Below are positions 19,424 through 28,540 of a stretch of DNA of 64,000 nt, one piece after another; positions within the stretch are counted from its first letter, which is position 1, and every line of letters begins with the position of its first letter. The notes beneath the pieces were generated by a model. It ran no database searches and had not been told where the DNA came from. It saw only the letters and a program-made list of their open reading frames with translations. The translations under genes and the position numbers were made by a program. The DNA is from Candidatus Woesearchaeota archaeon UBA489 (GTDB taxonomy: Archaea; Nanobdellota; Nanobdellia; SCGC-AAA011-G17; UBA489), in the NCBI GenBank assembly GCA_002505585.1, contig DAVM01000021.1:11660-75659 (forward strand), written 5' to 3'.

Positions 19424-19995
19424 TTTTGACCTCCATCCTCTTTTGTTTGTTTTACGAAATAAGCTTGGAAACCCATCCTGTCAGTTCCATCTTGGTAGTC
19501 TTTCCCTCTAGGAAGAATACTTCCATCAAATACATGATCAACTACTTCGAATCCATTATTTCCAAAGATATTCCAAGCATTATAAAAAATAGTGTCAGGA
19601 ATCTCAGCTACTTTTAGTCCTGAACTACGCTGATGATTTACTCTAGAAGCAAGATTAAAAGTTGTAGCAACCATAGCTTGACCATTTAATCTTCGCTTTA
19701 CTAAACTTTCTAAAACCTTTGCTCTCTTCTCAGAAGTTGCACCTAAATAATCTAGGAATACTACATCAAATTTTCCTTCAAATCTATCTTGTACAGTAGT
19801 AAGAAACTCTTCAGATATACTGAACTTTTCTTGTAAGTAAGTTGGAGCATCACTATTTTCTTCAAGTTCATCAAGTAATTTATCATAATCTTTTAAAAGA
19901 ATCTTTTCACCTTTATCATTTCCTTTGTAATTTACTTCAAACTTACCATCTCTTTTTCTTACACTCATTCCAGGATCTTTAACAAAATCTAACAA
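19420..19995 (-). CDS. Hypothetical protein in the atypical codon-usage island.
   Basis: 191-aa ORF. Motif DVVFLDYLGA. No confident family assignment. Confidence 0.5.
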   Translation of the reverse strand: MLDFVKDPGMSVRKRDGKFEVNYKGNDKGEKILLKDYDKLLDELEENSDAPTYLQEKFSISEEFLTTVQDRFEGKFDVVFLDYLGATSEKRAKVLESLVKRRLNGQAMVATTFNLASRVNHQRSSGLKVAEIPDTIFYNAWNIFGNNGFEVVDHVFDGSILPRGKDYQDGTDRMGFQAYFVKQTKEDGGQK

Positions 19996-20005
19996 AATAA
20001 GATCA

Positions 20006-20446
20006 TCAATATCTATTTAAATTACTAGAAAGTCTATCATCTGCACGGAATTCTCCACTTGGAACAAAAACTTTAGGAACAAATTCCAAACCAGCACGTT
20101 GTAATGTTGCTGTTAAAACACCATTTCTTTCTGCATTTAAATTTTTATTATGTTTAGGAGTAAATTTATACAACACTTTAACTTCTTCTCCTCCAGAAAA
20201 TTTTAGAGTTACGTCAGTCATATACCCACCATTATAAATACCAGTCCCTTCTTGTCTTCTTACATCTTCTGTAATTTGAACACAATGACCCTTTATGCCA
20301 TTTTCTTTTTGTATTTCTTTAATAACTGCATTAAAATAATCATCATCCATAGTTCTTGCTATAGAAACTGGATTTGCTCTTAATCTCTCTACAGCTCCTT
20401 CAGCAAAAAACTGATTAACAAAATACTTCATAGCATCAATAACCAT
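20006..20446 (-). CDS. Hypothetical protein in the atypical codon-usage island.
   Basis: 146-aa ORF, first of three co-directional closely spaced genes. 212-nt upstream intergenic region. Confidence 0.5.
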   Translation of the reverse strand: MVIDAMKYFVNQFFAEGAVERLRANPVSIARTMDDDYFNAVIKEIQKENGIKGHCVQITEDVRRQEGTGIYNGGYMTDVTLKFSGGEEVKVLYKFTPKHNKNLNAERNGVLTATLQRAGLEFVPKVFVPSGEFRADDRLSSNLNRY

Positions 20447-20658
20447 ACCTGTACCAAGACTATATCCTCAACTAAAGGCCTTGGTGGAACGTTCTTCATT
20501 TTTTATGGAATGGCTTTTTTACATAAATACACTCTCGCTATTAAGCATATTCTTCTAACTAGAGACCATTTTAACTCATTTTATTTTATTCTGAGACTAT
20601 ATAAAACTTCCTATTGTAGTCACTTATTAGTAATTAAATAAAAGCTATTTCTCTTGTT

Positions 20659-21804
20659 CTACCAATTAACAGCAGATAAATGAACAAATTGCACTAAAAA
20701 AGCAACCACAAACATCCACAATAAACCAGGAATAAACAAAGCTAAAACAAGAATAAGCACTCTACCAAGACCAAGATGCAACTCTCGAAATAAGAAAAAA
20801 CTACCAATTCTCTTAGTTTTTTCAGCATGACCATAAATCAATTTACTCAAAGAAATATTCACCATAGAACTAGTCACAGCACCCAAAAAATTATTAATAA
20901 ACAACCCAACAGGAGATAAAAAAAGTAAACGAATAATCCAAAAAGGAGCATTCAAAAAAACACCTCGCTTCAAAGTTTTCTTAACATTTTTGTCAACTAA
21001 ACCACCAATATATACAATAAAAACAACCAACAATAAAGAAGTCATAGAAACAATAGCACCCAAAGTTACCACATTCTTAACAGCCAAATAAATAAACACA
21101 GGCCAAAAAACACCACCAACCAAATTTAAAACACCCTCAGCCTGATAAATAAACATCCTCTTTTTAGGTTGCGCAGTTAAAACACTCTTAATAGAAATAA
21201 CCTCTTTCTTCATTCTTTTATCAGGAGTAAAAAACAAAGGAAGAATAGCTAAAAACAAAATACCAGCAACAACAAAAAACACAAACTCAAAAGATTGAGA
21301 AGCAATAAAAAAAGAACCAATCAAAGGACCTAACACACCAGCAAGAACAGCAAAAGCACTAAGAATAGAAACTTCCTCACCCTCTTTTTTTTCACAAGCA
21401 GACTTAGCAAACTCAACATGAAAAGCAGCATAATAAAAACCAGTACTAACACCAAACAAAACAGCAAGAGGAACATAAGACAATCCACCACTAATTTGAT
21501 TAACAAAATAGTAAAACACAACCAAAAAAGCAATACCCAAACTCATAGTCTTCTTAATACCAAAATGACTATTACACCACATACCAGGAAACATAAAAAT
21601 GAAAGCAGAAGAAAAATTTATTAAAAAATACAAAGCAATATCAGCAATACTATACCCTAAAGTAAGCAAATAAATAGGGATAAATAAATTAATCATAGAC
21701 AAAGCAAAAGACTTCAAGAAAAAAGAAAGGTAAAGCTCATCCAACTCTTTATTACTGAAATAATGCACTAACAAATCATGAATATGTGGTCTAGTTAGTG
21801 GCAT
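20659..21804 (-). CDS. Major facilitator superfamily transporter.
   Basis: About 12 TM helices across 381 aa. A loop motif with a basic cluster lies between TM6 and TM7. Confidence 0.7.
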   Translation of the reverse strand: MPLTRPHIHDLLVHYFSNKELDELYLSFFLKSFALSMINLFIPIYLLTLGYSIADIALYFLINFSSAFIFMFPGMWCNSHFGIKKTMSLGIAFLVVFYYFVNQISGGLSYVPLAVLFGVSTGFYYAAFHVEFAKSACEKKEGEEVSILSAFAVLAGVLGPLIGSFFIASQSFEFVFFVVAGILFLAILPLFFTPDKRMKKEVISIKSVLTAQPKKRMFIYQAEGVLNLVGGVFWPVFIYLAVKNVVTLGAIVSMTSLLLVVFIVYIGGLVDKNVKKTLKRGVFLNAPFWIIRLLFLSPVGLFINNFLGAVTSSMVNISLSKLIYGHAEKTKRIGSFFLFRELHLGLGRVLILVLALFIPGLLWMFVVAFLVQFVHLSAVNW

Positions 21805-21871
21805 ACAAACACCCCTTGCATATATTTAACCATCTCATAAACTTTAAATACCTTCCTATTAAGGCAGGAAT

Positions 21872-22078
21872 ATGCAAATAACAGCCTATATTGAAAGAGA
21901 AAACAAAGAAAGAATAGTAGAACTAGAAGAGCAAGCAACAGTAGAAAAACTCTTAGAAAAGCTCAAAATTAACCCAGAAACAGTATTAGTAGTAAAAAAT
22001 GAAGAAGTACTCTTAAAAGAAGTAAAATTAGAAGATAAAGATACAATAAAAATTCTCTCAGTAGTCTCAGGAGGGTAA
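21872..22078 (+). CDS. SAMP/ThiS/MoaD-like ubiquitin-fold small protein with a C-terminal GG.
   Basis: 68 aa, ending ...SVVSGG-stop. Beta-grasp-like pattern. Lies immediately upstream of the tRNA thiolase gene. Confidence 0.75.
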   Translation: MQITAYIERENKERIVELEEQATVEKLLEKLKINPETVLVVKNEEVLLKEVKLEDKDTIKILSVVSGG

Positions 22079-22079
22079 A

Positions 22080-22988
22080 ATAGCCTGTAAATCTTGTGAA
22101 AAAAAACCAGTATATGTTAGTCAAGGAGGGACAAAACTCTGCAAAGAAGACTACCTCCACTACTTTGAAAAAAAAGTACTAAAAACCATAAGACAACATA
22201 ACCTCTTAGGAAAGAAAGAAAAAGTAATCTGTGCACTCTCAGGAGGAAAAGATAGCGTAACAGTAGCACATATAGTAAATAAAATACTGAAAGAAAGAAA
22301 AGAAAAATTAACAGCACTCTTAATAGATGAAGGAATACATGGTTATAGAGCTTCAACAATAGAAGATGCTAAAAAGTTTTGCAAAGAAGAAGGAATAGAA
22401 TTAAAAATAATCTCTTTTAAACAACGATTTGGATTTACTTTAGATGAGTTTATAAAAAAACACAAAATAAATCCTTGCTCAGTATGTGGAGTAATAAGAA
22501 GATATTTGATGAACAAAGGAGCAAGAGAAGCAAAAGCAACACTCTTGTTAACAGGACATAACTTAGATGACGAAACACAAAGTTTGTTAATGAATCAATT
22601 TAAAGGAAACATGCAACTTAGTGCAAAATTAGGACCAATATCAGGAGCAGTTAGTCATGAAAAATTTGTGAAGAAAGTAAAACCCTTATATTATATGACA
22701 GAAAAAGAAGTAGCGTTGTATGCATTTTTAAAAAAGTTTCCAGTACAATTTGTAGAATGCCCAAATAGCCCAGGAACATTTAGGCAACAAGTAGGAGAAT
22801 TATTAAATAATTTAGAAAACAGTTATCCAGGGACGAAGCAAGGAATTTTGAAATCCTTTTTAACAATTTTGCCAGACTTAAAAAAACAATATGAGAATCA
22901 AACAATAGCAAATTGTGAACTTTGTGGAGAACCAGCAGCACAAAAACAGTGCAAAGTATGTATCTTATTAGAAAAAGAGAAAAAATAA
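22080..22988 (+). CDS. NcsA/TtuA/Ncs6-family tRNA 2-thiouridine synthase (PP-loop ATPase with Zn fingers). There is no canonical start codon for the N-terminal domain.
   Basis: N-terminal CxxC...C (KIACKSCEKKP...LCKED). PP-loop SGGKDS. Central PCSVCG and C-terminal CELCGEP...CKVC. The frame is open from 22065, just after a TAG, and the first ATG is at 22506, about 140 codons downstream. The 5' end is assigned to the ATA at 22080. Confidence 0.8.
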   Translation: MACKSCEKKPVYVSQGGTKLCKEDYLHYFEKKVLKTIRQHNLLGKKEKVICALSGGKDSVTVAHIVNKILKERKEKLTALLIDEGIHGYRASTIEDAKKFCKEEGIELKIISFKQRFGFTLDEFIKKHKINPCSVCGVIRRYLMNKGAREAKATLLLTGHNLDDETQSLLMNQFKGNMQLSAKLGPISGAVSHEKFVKKVKPLYYMTEKEVALYAFLKKFPVQFVECPNSPGTFRQQVGELLNNLENSYPGTKQGILKSFLTILPDLKKQYENQTIANCELCGEPAAQKQCKVCILLEKEKK

Positions 22989-23072
22989 AGCTATTTCTTT
23001 AAAAAATTTTACCCCTAATGTGGAGTGATAAAAAGCATACTTTTATAAAGAGGAGTTCAAAAGTTTACTCAT

Positions 23073-24404
23073 ATGACAACTACAATTACAGAACCAAAAC
23101 TACTCGAAGAACCACAAGAGAGGCCCCATAGGACGGTTATTCTAGATGGTGAAATGACTCATAAAGATGTTGCAAGAGAACTAAGAAACTCACCAGAACC
23201 AAATACTATAACACACCTTTGGACAAGAGATGAAGTAACACTCCTCAGAGAATTTTCTCCCTCAACCTATCATAAACTAGCACAAGATCCAACATTAGGA
23301 TTAGAATCTTTCACAGACATTGAACATCGCCTTCCACAACTAGCACTTCAATTACAAACAGAAGTAAGCCATAGATCAGCAACAATGGATTGTTATGTTT
23401 TAGGCCCAAAAAAAGGTGATGAGGGTACTTTAAGAAGTAAATTCCATCATCTTAGTAGACTCACAACACTCTTTGACCTTCTAAATATACCACATCCAGG
23501 AGCTTTATCTCCAGATTTATTAGAAGGAACTCCTGATCTTAGAGAATTATTTATTGAAACAAGACTAAGATATGCAGAACTTTTGCAAAACATGCCAGAA
23601 TGGGCAAACCCAGAAATAACAACTTCAACAGAAACAAAAACAGCAAACTTTAGAAAACTCCCAATAGAACAACAAAGAAGATTTGGTTATGTAGATCACA
23701 TTAAAAGATTGGTAGGGGAAAAAAATTTAGTAGCAGTAGCGGTATATGGATCAGCAACACAAACAACAGAGAACGGAGATTATGACAATTATGTAGTTAT
23801 ACAAGATGGAAGCTTGCCCACTGTATGTCATAGACTCCTTGATCAAGACTTTGTTAATCAAGAAGATGGCAAACATGTAGGAATGAACATCTTGCAAGAA
23901 GGAGCGTTTAGTAAATTTATTCGTATGAACCAAGACTCATATGAAAGAAGAGTAACAGGAATTCTGCTTTATGGAAGCCTACAATTTCCAATATTATCTG
24001 ATGAAGAAGATATAGAAAGAGGAATTAGTTCAACAATGTTAAGGAGAAGAACATTAGGAGGGGCAGCAACACATCTTACTCATGATCCAGAAAGATTACT
24101 AGGAAGACCAGATCTCTTTCAATTCTTCCAAAAAACCTTGCGTAGTATGGAAAAAGCTGGATTAAACTTAAGAGAAGGAATATTTTCAAGAAGTAATGCA
24201 ACATTAGATGCAAGACTTGAACAAGATGGTATACATATAAGACCTTACAAAGATGATTTAGCATATCTTCATGATGGTATTTATGATGCACTAGCAGCAG
24301 CAACCCATTTAACACATAAATATTTTGCAGGAACAGAATTTAAAGGAAATTTTTTGGAAGTAACAACACATGATACTCCATCGACTAAACCTTTAGAAGT
24401 TTAA
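23073..24404 (+). CDS. Hypothetical 443-aa protein with a nucleotidyltransferase-like GS...DxD motif and atypical composition.
   Basis: AVAVYGSATQTTENGDYDNYVVI (GS-x9-DxD). Codon usage is richer in G/C- and T-ending codons than host genes. Confidence 0.5.
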   Translation: MTTTITEPKLLEEPQERPHRTVILDGEMTHKDVARELRNSPEPNTITHLWTRDEVTLLREFSPSTYHKLAQDPTLGLESFTDIEHRLPQLALQLQTEVSHRSATMDCYVLGPKKGDEGTLRSKFHHLSRLTTLFDLLNIPHPGALSPDLLEGTPDLRELFIETRLRYAELLQNMPEWANPEITTSTETKTANFRKLPIEQQRRFGYVDHIKRLVGEKNLVAVAVYGSATQTTENGDYDNYVVIQDGSLPTVCHRLLDQDFVNQEDGKHVGMNILQEGAFSKFIRMNQDSYERRVTGILLYGSLQFPILSDEEDIERGISSTMLRRRTLGGAATHLTHDPERLLGRPDLFQFFQKTLRSMEKAGLNLREGIFSRSNATLDARLEQDGIHIRPYKDDLAYLHDGIYDALAAATHLTHKYFAGTEFKGNFLEVTTHDTPSTKPLEV

Positions 24405-24689
24405 TTACCAACCCATTAAAGTTTTAACTTCTTTACTAGGTTCCCAAGGAGGATCAAAAACTAATTCAACTTCAGGATCCTTAAAACCAATTTCAGTTAA
24501 CCCTTTCTTAACTTCCAACATCATGTGTTGAGCCATAGGACAAAAAGGAGTAGTTAAAGTCATCTTAATATGTACTTTATCCTTATCAATAGCAATATCA
24601 TAAATAAAACCCAAAGTCCAAATATCTAAACCAATCTCAGGGTCTTTAATCTTTTGTAAAGCACCAATAGCATCTTCTTTCTTTAACAT
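24405..24689 (-). CDS. DUF59/MIP18-family (SufT-like) Fe-S cluster assembly protein.
   Basis: Conserved ...DPEIGLDIW.LG.IYDI... and TPFCP motif. 94 aa. Confidence 0.75.
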   Translation of the reverse strand: MLKKEDAIGALQKIKDPEIGLDIWTLGFIYDIAIDKDKVHIKMTLTTPFCPMAQHMMLEVKKGLTEIGFKDPEVELVFDPPWEPSKEVKTLMGW

Positions 24690-24694
24690 TTTTA

Positions 24695-26503
24695 TTACCC
24701 AAAATATTTTTCTCTATAAAACCTAATAAGTTCTTCAACAGCAGGAATCACTTCAGGACTACCAATACCAACTTTTAATTTCTTTTGTACTTTTTCCAAA
24801 GTATCAGCACCTTCTAAGACAGCTTCTTCAATATCTTTATCAGTAACTTTAGTAGTTGGATCAACAATTCGAGCAGATTCAACAATAATACGATCAGTTT
24901 GCTCAGATTTACGAAAAAAATCGTTAATAGCAGAACGTAAAGCTTTGTCTCCTAAAACAGAACAATGGAACTTCTTAGCTGGAAGACCACCTAAACGCTC
25001 CATAATATCTTGAGGTTTTAATACTAAAGCATCATTAATCTTCATACCACCATTTTCTGAAATCATAACAGATAACATAGAAGTAGAGCCAATAGCTGAA
25101 GCACAACCAAAAGTTTGCCATTTACATTCTGTAATTCTATCTTGTTCTTTATCAACCTTAATCCACATCTTCATAGCATCACCACAATTATGAAGAGTGA
25201 AAGCATCACTAACATAAGAATGTGTTTTAGCTACTTCTAGATTATGTAAACGTCCACTAAATTGAGATTTTTCAACTTTCCTAATAGGCATATAAAAGTA
25301 GTTTTTGTCAAACCAAGAATGTTTAGCAATCCTTGATACTTTAGGATAAGAAAACTTAACTTTTAGTAGCTTACTCATTTTCTTTAAAGCTTCGTAATCA
25401 CCAACATGAATTCTATAACACTCAGCATGATTTACTCCTTTCACAACTTTAGCTTCTTCAAAATAAATAGAATGTTCAATCTTTTGACGAAGTAATAACA
25501 CTTTTAATTCTTGAGCTAAAATCCAAGAAGCAGTAGCATATTCAGCTCTAGGTTTTTTCTTTTCTAAATCAATATATCCATCACTATGCCAAACACCATA
25601 CAAAAAACTTTTTTGTAACTCAGGTTCTAAAAAAATGATAAATTCTGGGATTTTCTTGTTATAAGAAAGAGTGCCACAATTTTTTCTTAAATATCTAGCA
25701 AGATGAATACTGTTTGTAGTTACATCAATCCTATTTCTATCTTCTCTTTTTTTAACATAAGTATCTAACTTGAATATCTTTTTAAGAAGTTTGATAACGT
25801 CCTCAACAAATTTTTCTTCAGTGATGCCGAAGGTAAAACCAATTTCTCCTTTACGCGTATGTCCTTCGGCAACAAAATAACCAAATAAACGTAAAAGATC
25901 TTTAGTTACTTTAATCTTTGTAGGGATTGTCTTACTTTTATAATCAAAGTTTTTCTTAGTAACAGGAATTTCAATATATTCAACTTCTTTTACTTCTTTA
26001 GGAATAGGATAAGGACAAATATCTCCTTTTTGTAAGTTACCAGCATGCACCCAAGAGACAGGAAGCTTTCTTTTGTATTTATTATGTGCCCAAGAACCTT
26101 TTTCAGGGATTTGCATAGCATAGACTAAATGATCAGGAGTTAGAACAACATCTCCAAATTGGTTTTTTACTTTGACTATTTTTCCATCATACTTGGGATG
26201 ATAGAATTTAGTTATTTTATTATAAGAACCATCATGAGATAATACTTTGTGTCCTTTAGTAAGATTATCCATTTGTTGCACATCAAAATTAACATGAATC
26301 AAAGTTTTTCCTTCAGTACAAGCAGGACTTCCAACCATACCAATACCATCAGCTTTGTAAGTAGCAACTTCTTCTTCAGTTTTGAAAATATTTTTAGGAT
26401 TAAAAAAGTGTTCACGAACTGTTGGAGTGTAGAACCATTTTCTTGCATCTACCATAGACTTTACATCCTCATGAGTTACAGGTTGTATTTTTGGTTTTTC
26501 CAT
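24695..26503 (-). CDS. iscU: IscU/NifU-like Fe-S scaffold interrupted by a 378-aa intein.
   Basis: Exteins carry the IscU motifs (GMVGSPA | CGDAMKMW..., then ...HCSVLGD). The intein starts with Cys and ends TLHN followed by Cys. Confidence 0.85.
   Translation of the reverse strand: MEKPKIQPVTHEDVKSMVDARKWFYTPTVREHFFNPKNIFKTEEEVATYKADGIGMVGSPACTEGKTLIHVNFDVQQMDNLTKGHKVLSHDGSYNKITKFYHPKYDGKIVKVKNQFGDVVLTPDHLVYAMQIPEKGSWAHNKYKRKLPVSWVHAGNLQKGDICPYPIPKEVKEVEYIEIPVTKKNFDYKSKTIPTKIKVTKDLLRLFGYFVAEGHTRKGEIGFTFGITEEKFVEDVIKLLKKIFKLDTYVKKREDRNRIDVTTNSIHLARYLRKNCGTLSYNKKIPEFIIFLEPELQKSFLYGVWHSDGYIDLEKKKPRAEYATASWILAQELKVLLLRQKIEHSIYFEEAKVVKGVNHAECYRIHVGDYEALKKMSKLLKVKFSYPKVSRIAKHSWFDKNYFYMPIRKVEKSQFSGRLHNLEVAKTHSYVSDAFTLHNCGDAMKMWIKVDKEQDRITECKWQTFGCASAIGSTSMLSVMISENGGMKINDALVLKPQDIMERLGGLPAKKFHCSVLGDKALRSAINDFFRKSEQTDRIIVESARIVDPTTKVTDKDIEEAVLEGADTLEKVQKKLKVGIGSPEVIPAVEELIRFYREKYFG
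25187..26320 (-). mobile_element. Intein with a LAGLIDADG homing-endonuclease domain, inserted in iscU immediately before the cluster-ligand Cys of the ACGD motif.
   Basis: Block A CTEGKTLIHVN. Block B TPDHLVY. LAGLIDADG-like LFGYFVAEGH and LYGVWHSDGYID. Blocks F/G ...HSYVSDAFTLHN followed by +1 Cys. Confidence 0.8.
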
Positions 26504-27678
26504 TATGCGTACAACTCCGGTCTAACATTTACAGGTGAAATAGCTCTTAATTTTTTAATAACATCTGGTAAAACTTTTAGTACGTGATCCATACCTTCTT
26601 TAGTAGAAGACTTTCCTAAAGTAAAACGAACACTTCCATGAGCAGTCTCAAAAGGAACACCTAAAGCTAAAATAACATGAGAAGGATCTAAAGTTTTAGA
26701 AGTACAAGCAGAACCTGTTGAAACACAAATACCATATTCATTTAAGTATAAAATTAAAGCTTCACCTTCAATATCCATGAAAGAAATATTAACATTATTA
26801 GGTAAACGTTTAGTTGCATGACCATTTAATCTAGTCTTAGGAATAGTTTTGAGAATGTTAGCAATTAAATAATCACGAAGCCTAGTCAACCTAATATTTT
26901 CAGTTTCTTTCTCTTCTTGAGCAAGTTCTAAAGCTTTAGTCAAACCTCTAATAGCAGGAACATCTTCAGTGCCAGAACGCAAATCCCTCTCTTGTCCACC
27001 ACCATGAATAACAGGCTTTAATTGCGTACCTTGCTTCACAAACAAAGCACCAACACCCTTAGGACCATAGAGTTTACTTCCATTAATAGACAATAAATCA
27101 ACATTTAAATTTTCAACATTAATATCTAAAGCACCAGCAGCCTGACAAGCATCAGAATGAAATAAAACCTTTTTAGCCTTACAAATTTCTCCAATCTCTT
27201 TAATAGGATTAATAGTACCAATTTCATTATTAGCATACATAATAGAAACTAAAATAGTCTTATCAGTAATAGCAGCTTCAACATCTTTAGGATTAACAAT
27301 ACCATCCTTACCAACAGGCAAGAAAGTAACATTATACCCTTCTTTTTGTAAAAATTCACAAGAATGAAGAACAGCATGATGCTCAGCTTTCGTAGTAATA
27401 ATATGATTCCCTTTATGTTTGTAACCTTTAGCAACACCAAGAATAGCTAAGTTAACACTTTCAGTACCAGAACCAGTAAAAATAACTTCCAAAGGTTTGG
27501 AATGAAAAATAGTAGCAACTCTAGCGCGAGCATCTTCAATAGCATCTTTAGCTTCTAAACCAAAAGAATGAAAACTTCCAGGATTACCAAAAACTTCAGA
27601 ATAATATTTATCCATCTCTTGTTTTACTCTAGGATCAACAGGAGTAGTAGCAGCGTGGTCTAAGTAAACAGTTTTCAT
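26503..27678 (-). CDS. iscS: Cysteine desulfurase (IscS/NifS class).
   Basis: TVYLDHAATTPVDPRV N-terminus. PLP-Lys region SINGSKLYGPKGVGALFV. Active-site loop SGSACTS. Start chosen at MKTVYLDH. Confidence 0.85.
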   Translation of the reverse strand: MKTVYLDHAATTPVDPRVKQEMDKYYSEVFGNPGSFHSFGLEAKDAIEDARARVATIFHSKPLEVIFTGSGTESVNLAILGVAKGYKHKGNHIITTKAEHHAVLHSCEFLQKEGYNVTFLPVGKDGIVNPKDVEAAITDKTILVSIMYANNEIGTINPIKEIGEICKAKKVLFHSDACQAAGALDINVENLNVDLLSINGSKLYGPKGVGALFVKQGTQLKPVIHGGGQERDLRSGTEDVPAIRGLTKALELAQEEKETENIRLTRLRDYLIANILKTIPKTRLNGHATKRLPNNVNISFMDIEGEALILYLNEYGICVSTGSACTSKTLDPSHVILALGVPFETAHGSVRFTLGKSSTKEGMDHVLKVLPDVIKKLRAISPVNVRPELYA

Positions 27679-28058
27679 TTTACTACACCACCAAAACAAC
27701 CAATTAAATTAGTATGACACTCATCAGGAATTTGAGAAATTTTTTTATGTACTTCACAAATAACACCAGAAGTTCTAGCCAGATGGATTAACCTTTGTGT
27801 TTCACGTAATAAAGAAATCTTATCATTAATCAAGATAGTAGATTTTTTCACTTCTTTTTTTAACTCTTCAGGAAGAGAAATTTGAGCACCACGTTTTTTA
27901 TTAATATATTGACTAACAGTAGCATCTTCAATATGAAGGATTTGAGCAATCTCCTTTTGCTTTAAACCTTGTTCTTTGAAAGCAAGAGCTAATTGACGCT
28001 TAAGAGCAGGAATAATATAATGTACTTCAATTTCTTGGGGATAAAGCAATTGTTTCAT
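27675..28058 (-). CDS. Small HTH transcription regulator with a C-terminal Cys/His cluster, first gene of the isc-like operon.
   Basis: HTH-like KQKEIAQILHIEDATVSQYINKK. C-terminal CEVHKK...DECHTNLIGC. Overlaps iscS by 4 nt. Start chosen at the internal Met at 28058. Confidence 0.55.
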   Translation of the reverse strand: MKQLLYPQEIEVHYIIPALKRQLALAFKEQGLKQKEIAQILHIEDATVSQYINKKRGAQISLPEELKKEVKKSTILINDKISLLRETQRLIHLARTSGVICEVHKKISQIPDECHTNLIGCFGGVVK

Positions 28059-28142
28059 AGAAAAATTAACAATAGTTAACTTTATAAAAGTTTTGTTTAA
28101 AAAATAATATTTATAAAGAGCAATAACTAAAAGAAGGTTATT

Positions 28143-28460
28143 ATGGGTACTATAATTGATCCTGAAGAATTTAGAAGAAGTAGAGAACAAAGAAGACTAG
28201 ATGATTCAGTACAAAGACCAGAAAATCCATTAGAAGGAAATCTTGCAGATTATCAAGGAGACCCTAACCAACTAGTAGAACAATTAAAAAGAGAAGGATA
28301 TACAAAACAACCACCACCAAGAACACAATACCATTCTAGAAGTACTTTAAGTGATAAAATAAGCCATTTATCCGCAAGCATTACCCCAACTACACTTCTT
28401 GTAGTAGGCACAGTAACTACGCTAACAGCCTATGCAATCTATCATTGGGTAACAAATTAA
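28143..28460 (+). CDS. Hypothetical tail-anchored small protein.
   Basis: Hydrophilic N-terminal part with a single C-terminal TM helix. Codon usage deviates from the host. Confidence 0.4.
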   Translation: MGTIIDPEEFRRSREQRRLDDSVQRPENPLEGNLADYQGDPNQLVEQLKREGYTKQPPPRTQYHSRSTLSDKISHLSASITPTTLLVVGTVTTLTAYAIYHWVTN

Positions 28461-28540
28461 AACAAAGAGCTCAACTCTATAAAGAAGTATTAAATGCAAG
28501 GACAGCACCTTTAAATACTTTCTAACCCACCTAATTTTTT

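Noticed and set aside
22080-22505. Treating the NcsA N-terminal 142 codons as non-coding and starting the gene at the ATG at 22506.
   Set aside because: The region encodes the conserved N-terminal Zn finger and the PP-loop SGGKDS that are essential to this family. It is clearly coding and is kept as part of the gene despite the missing canonical start.
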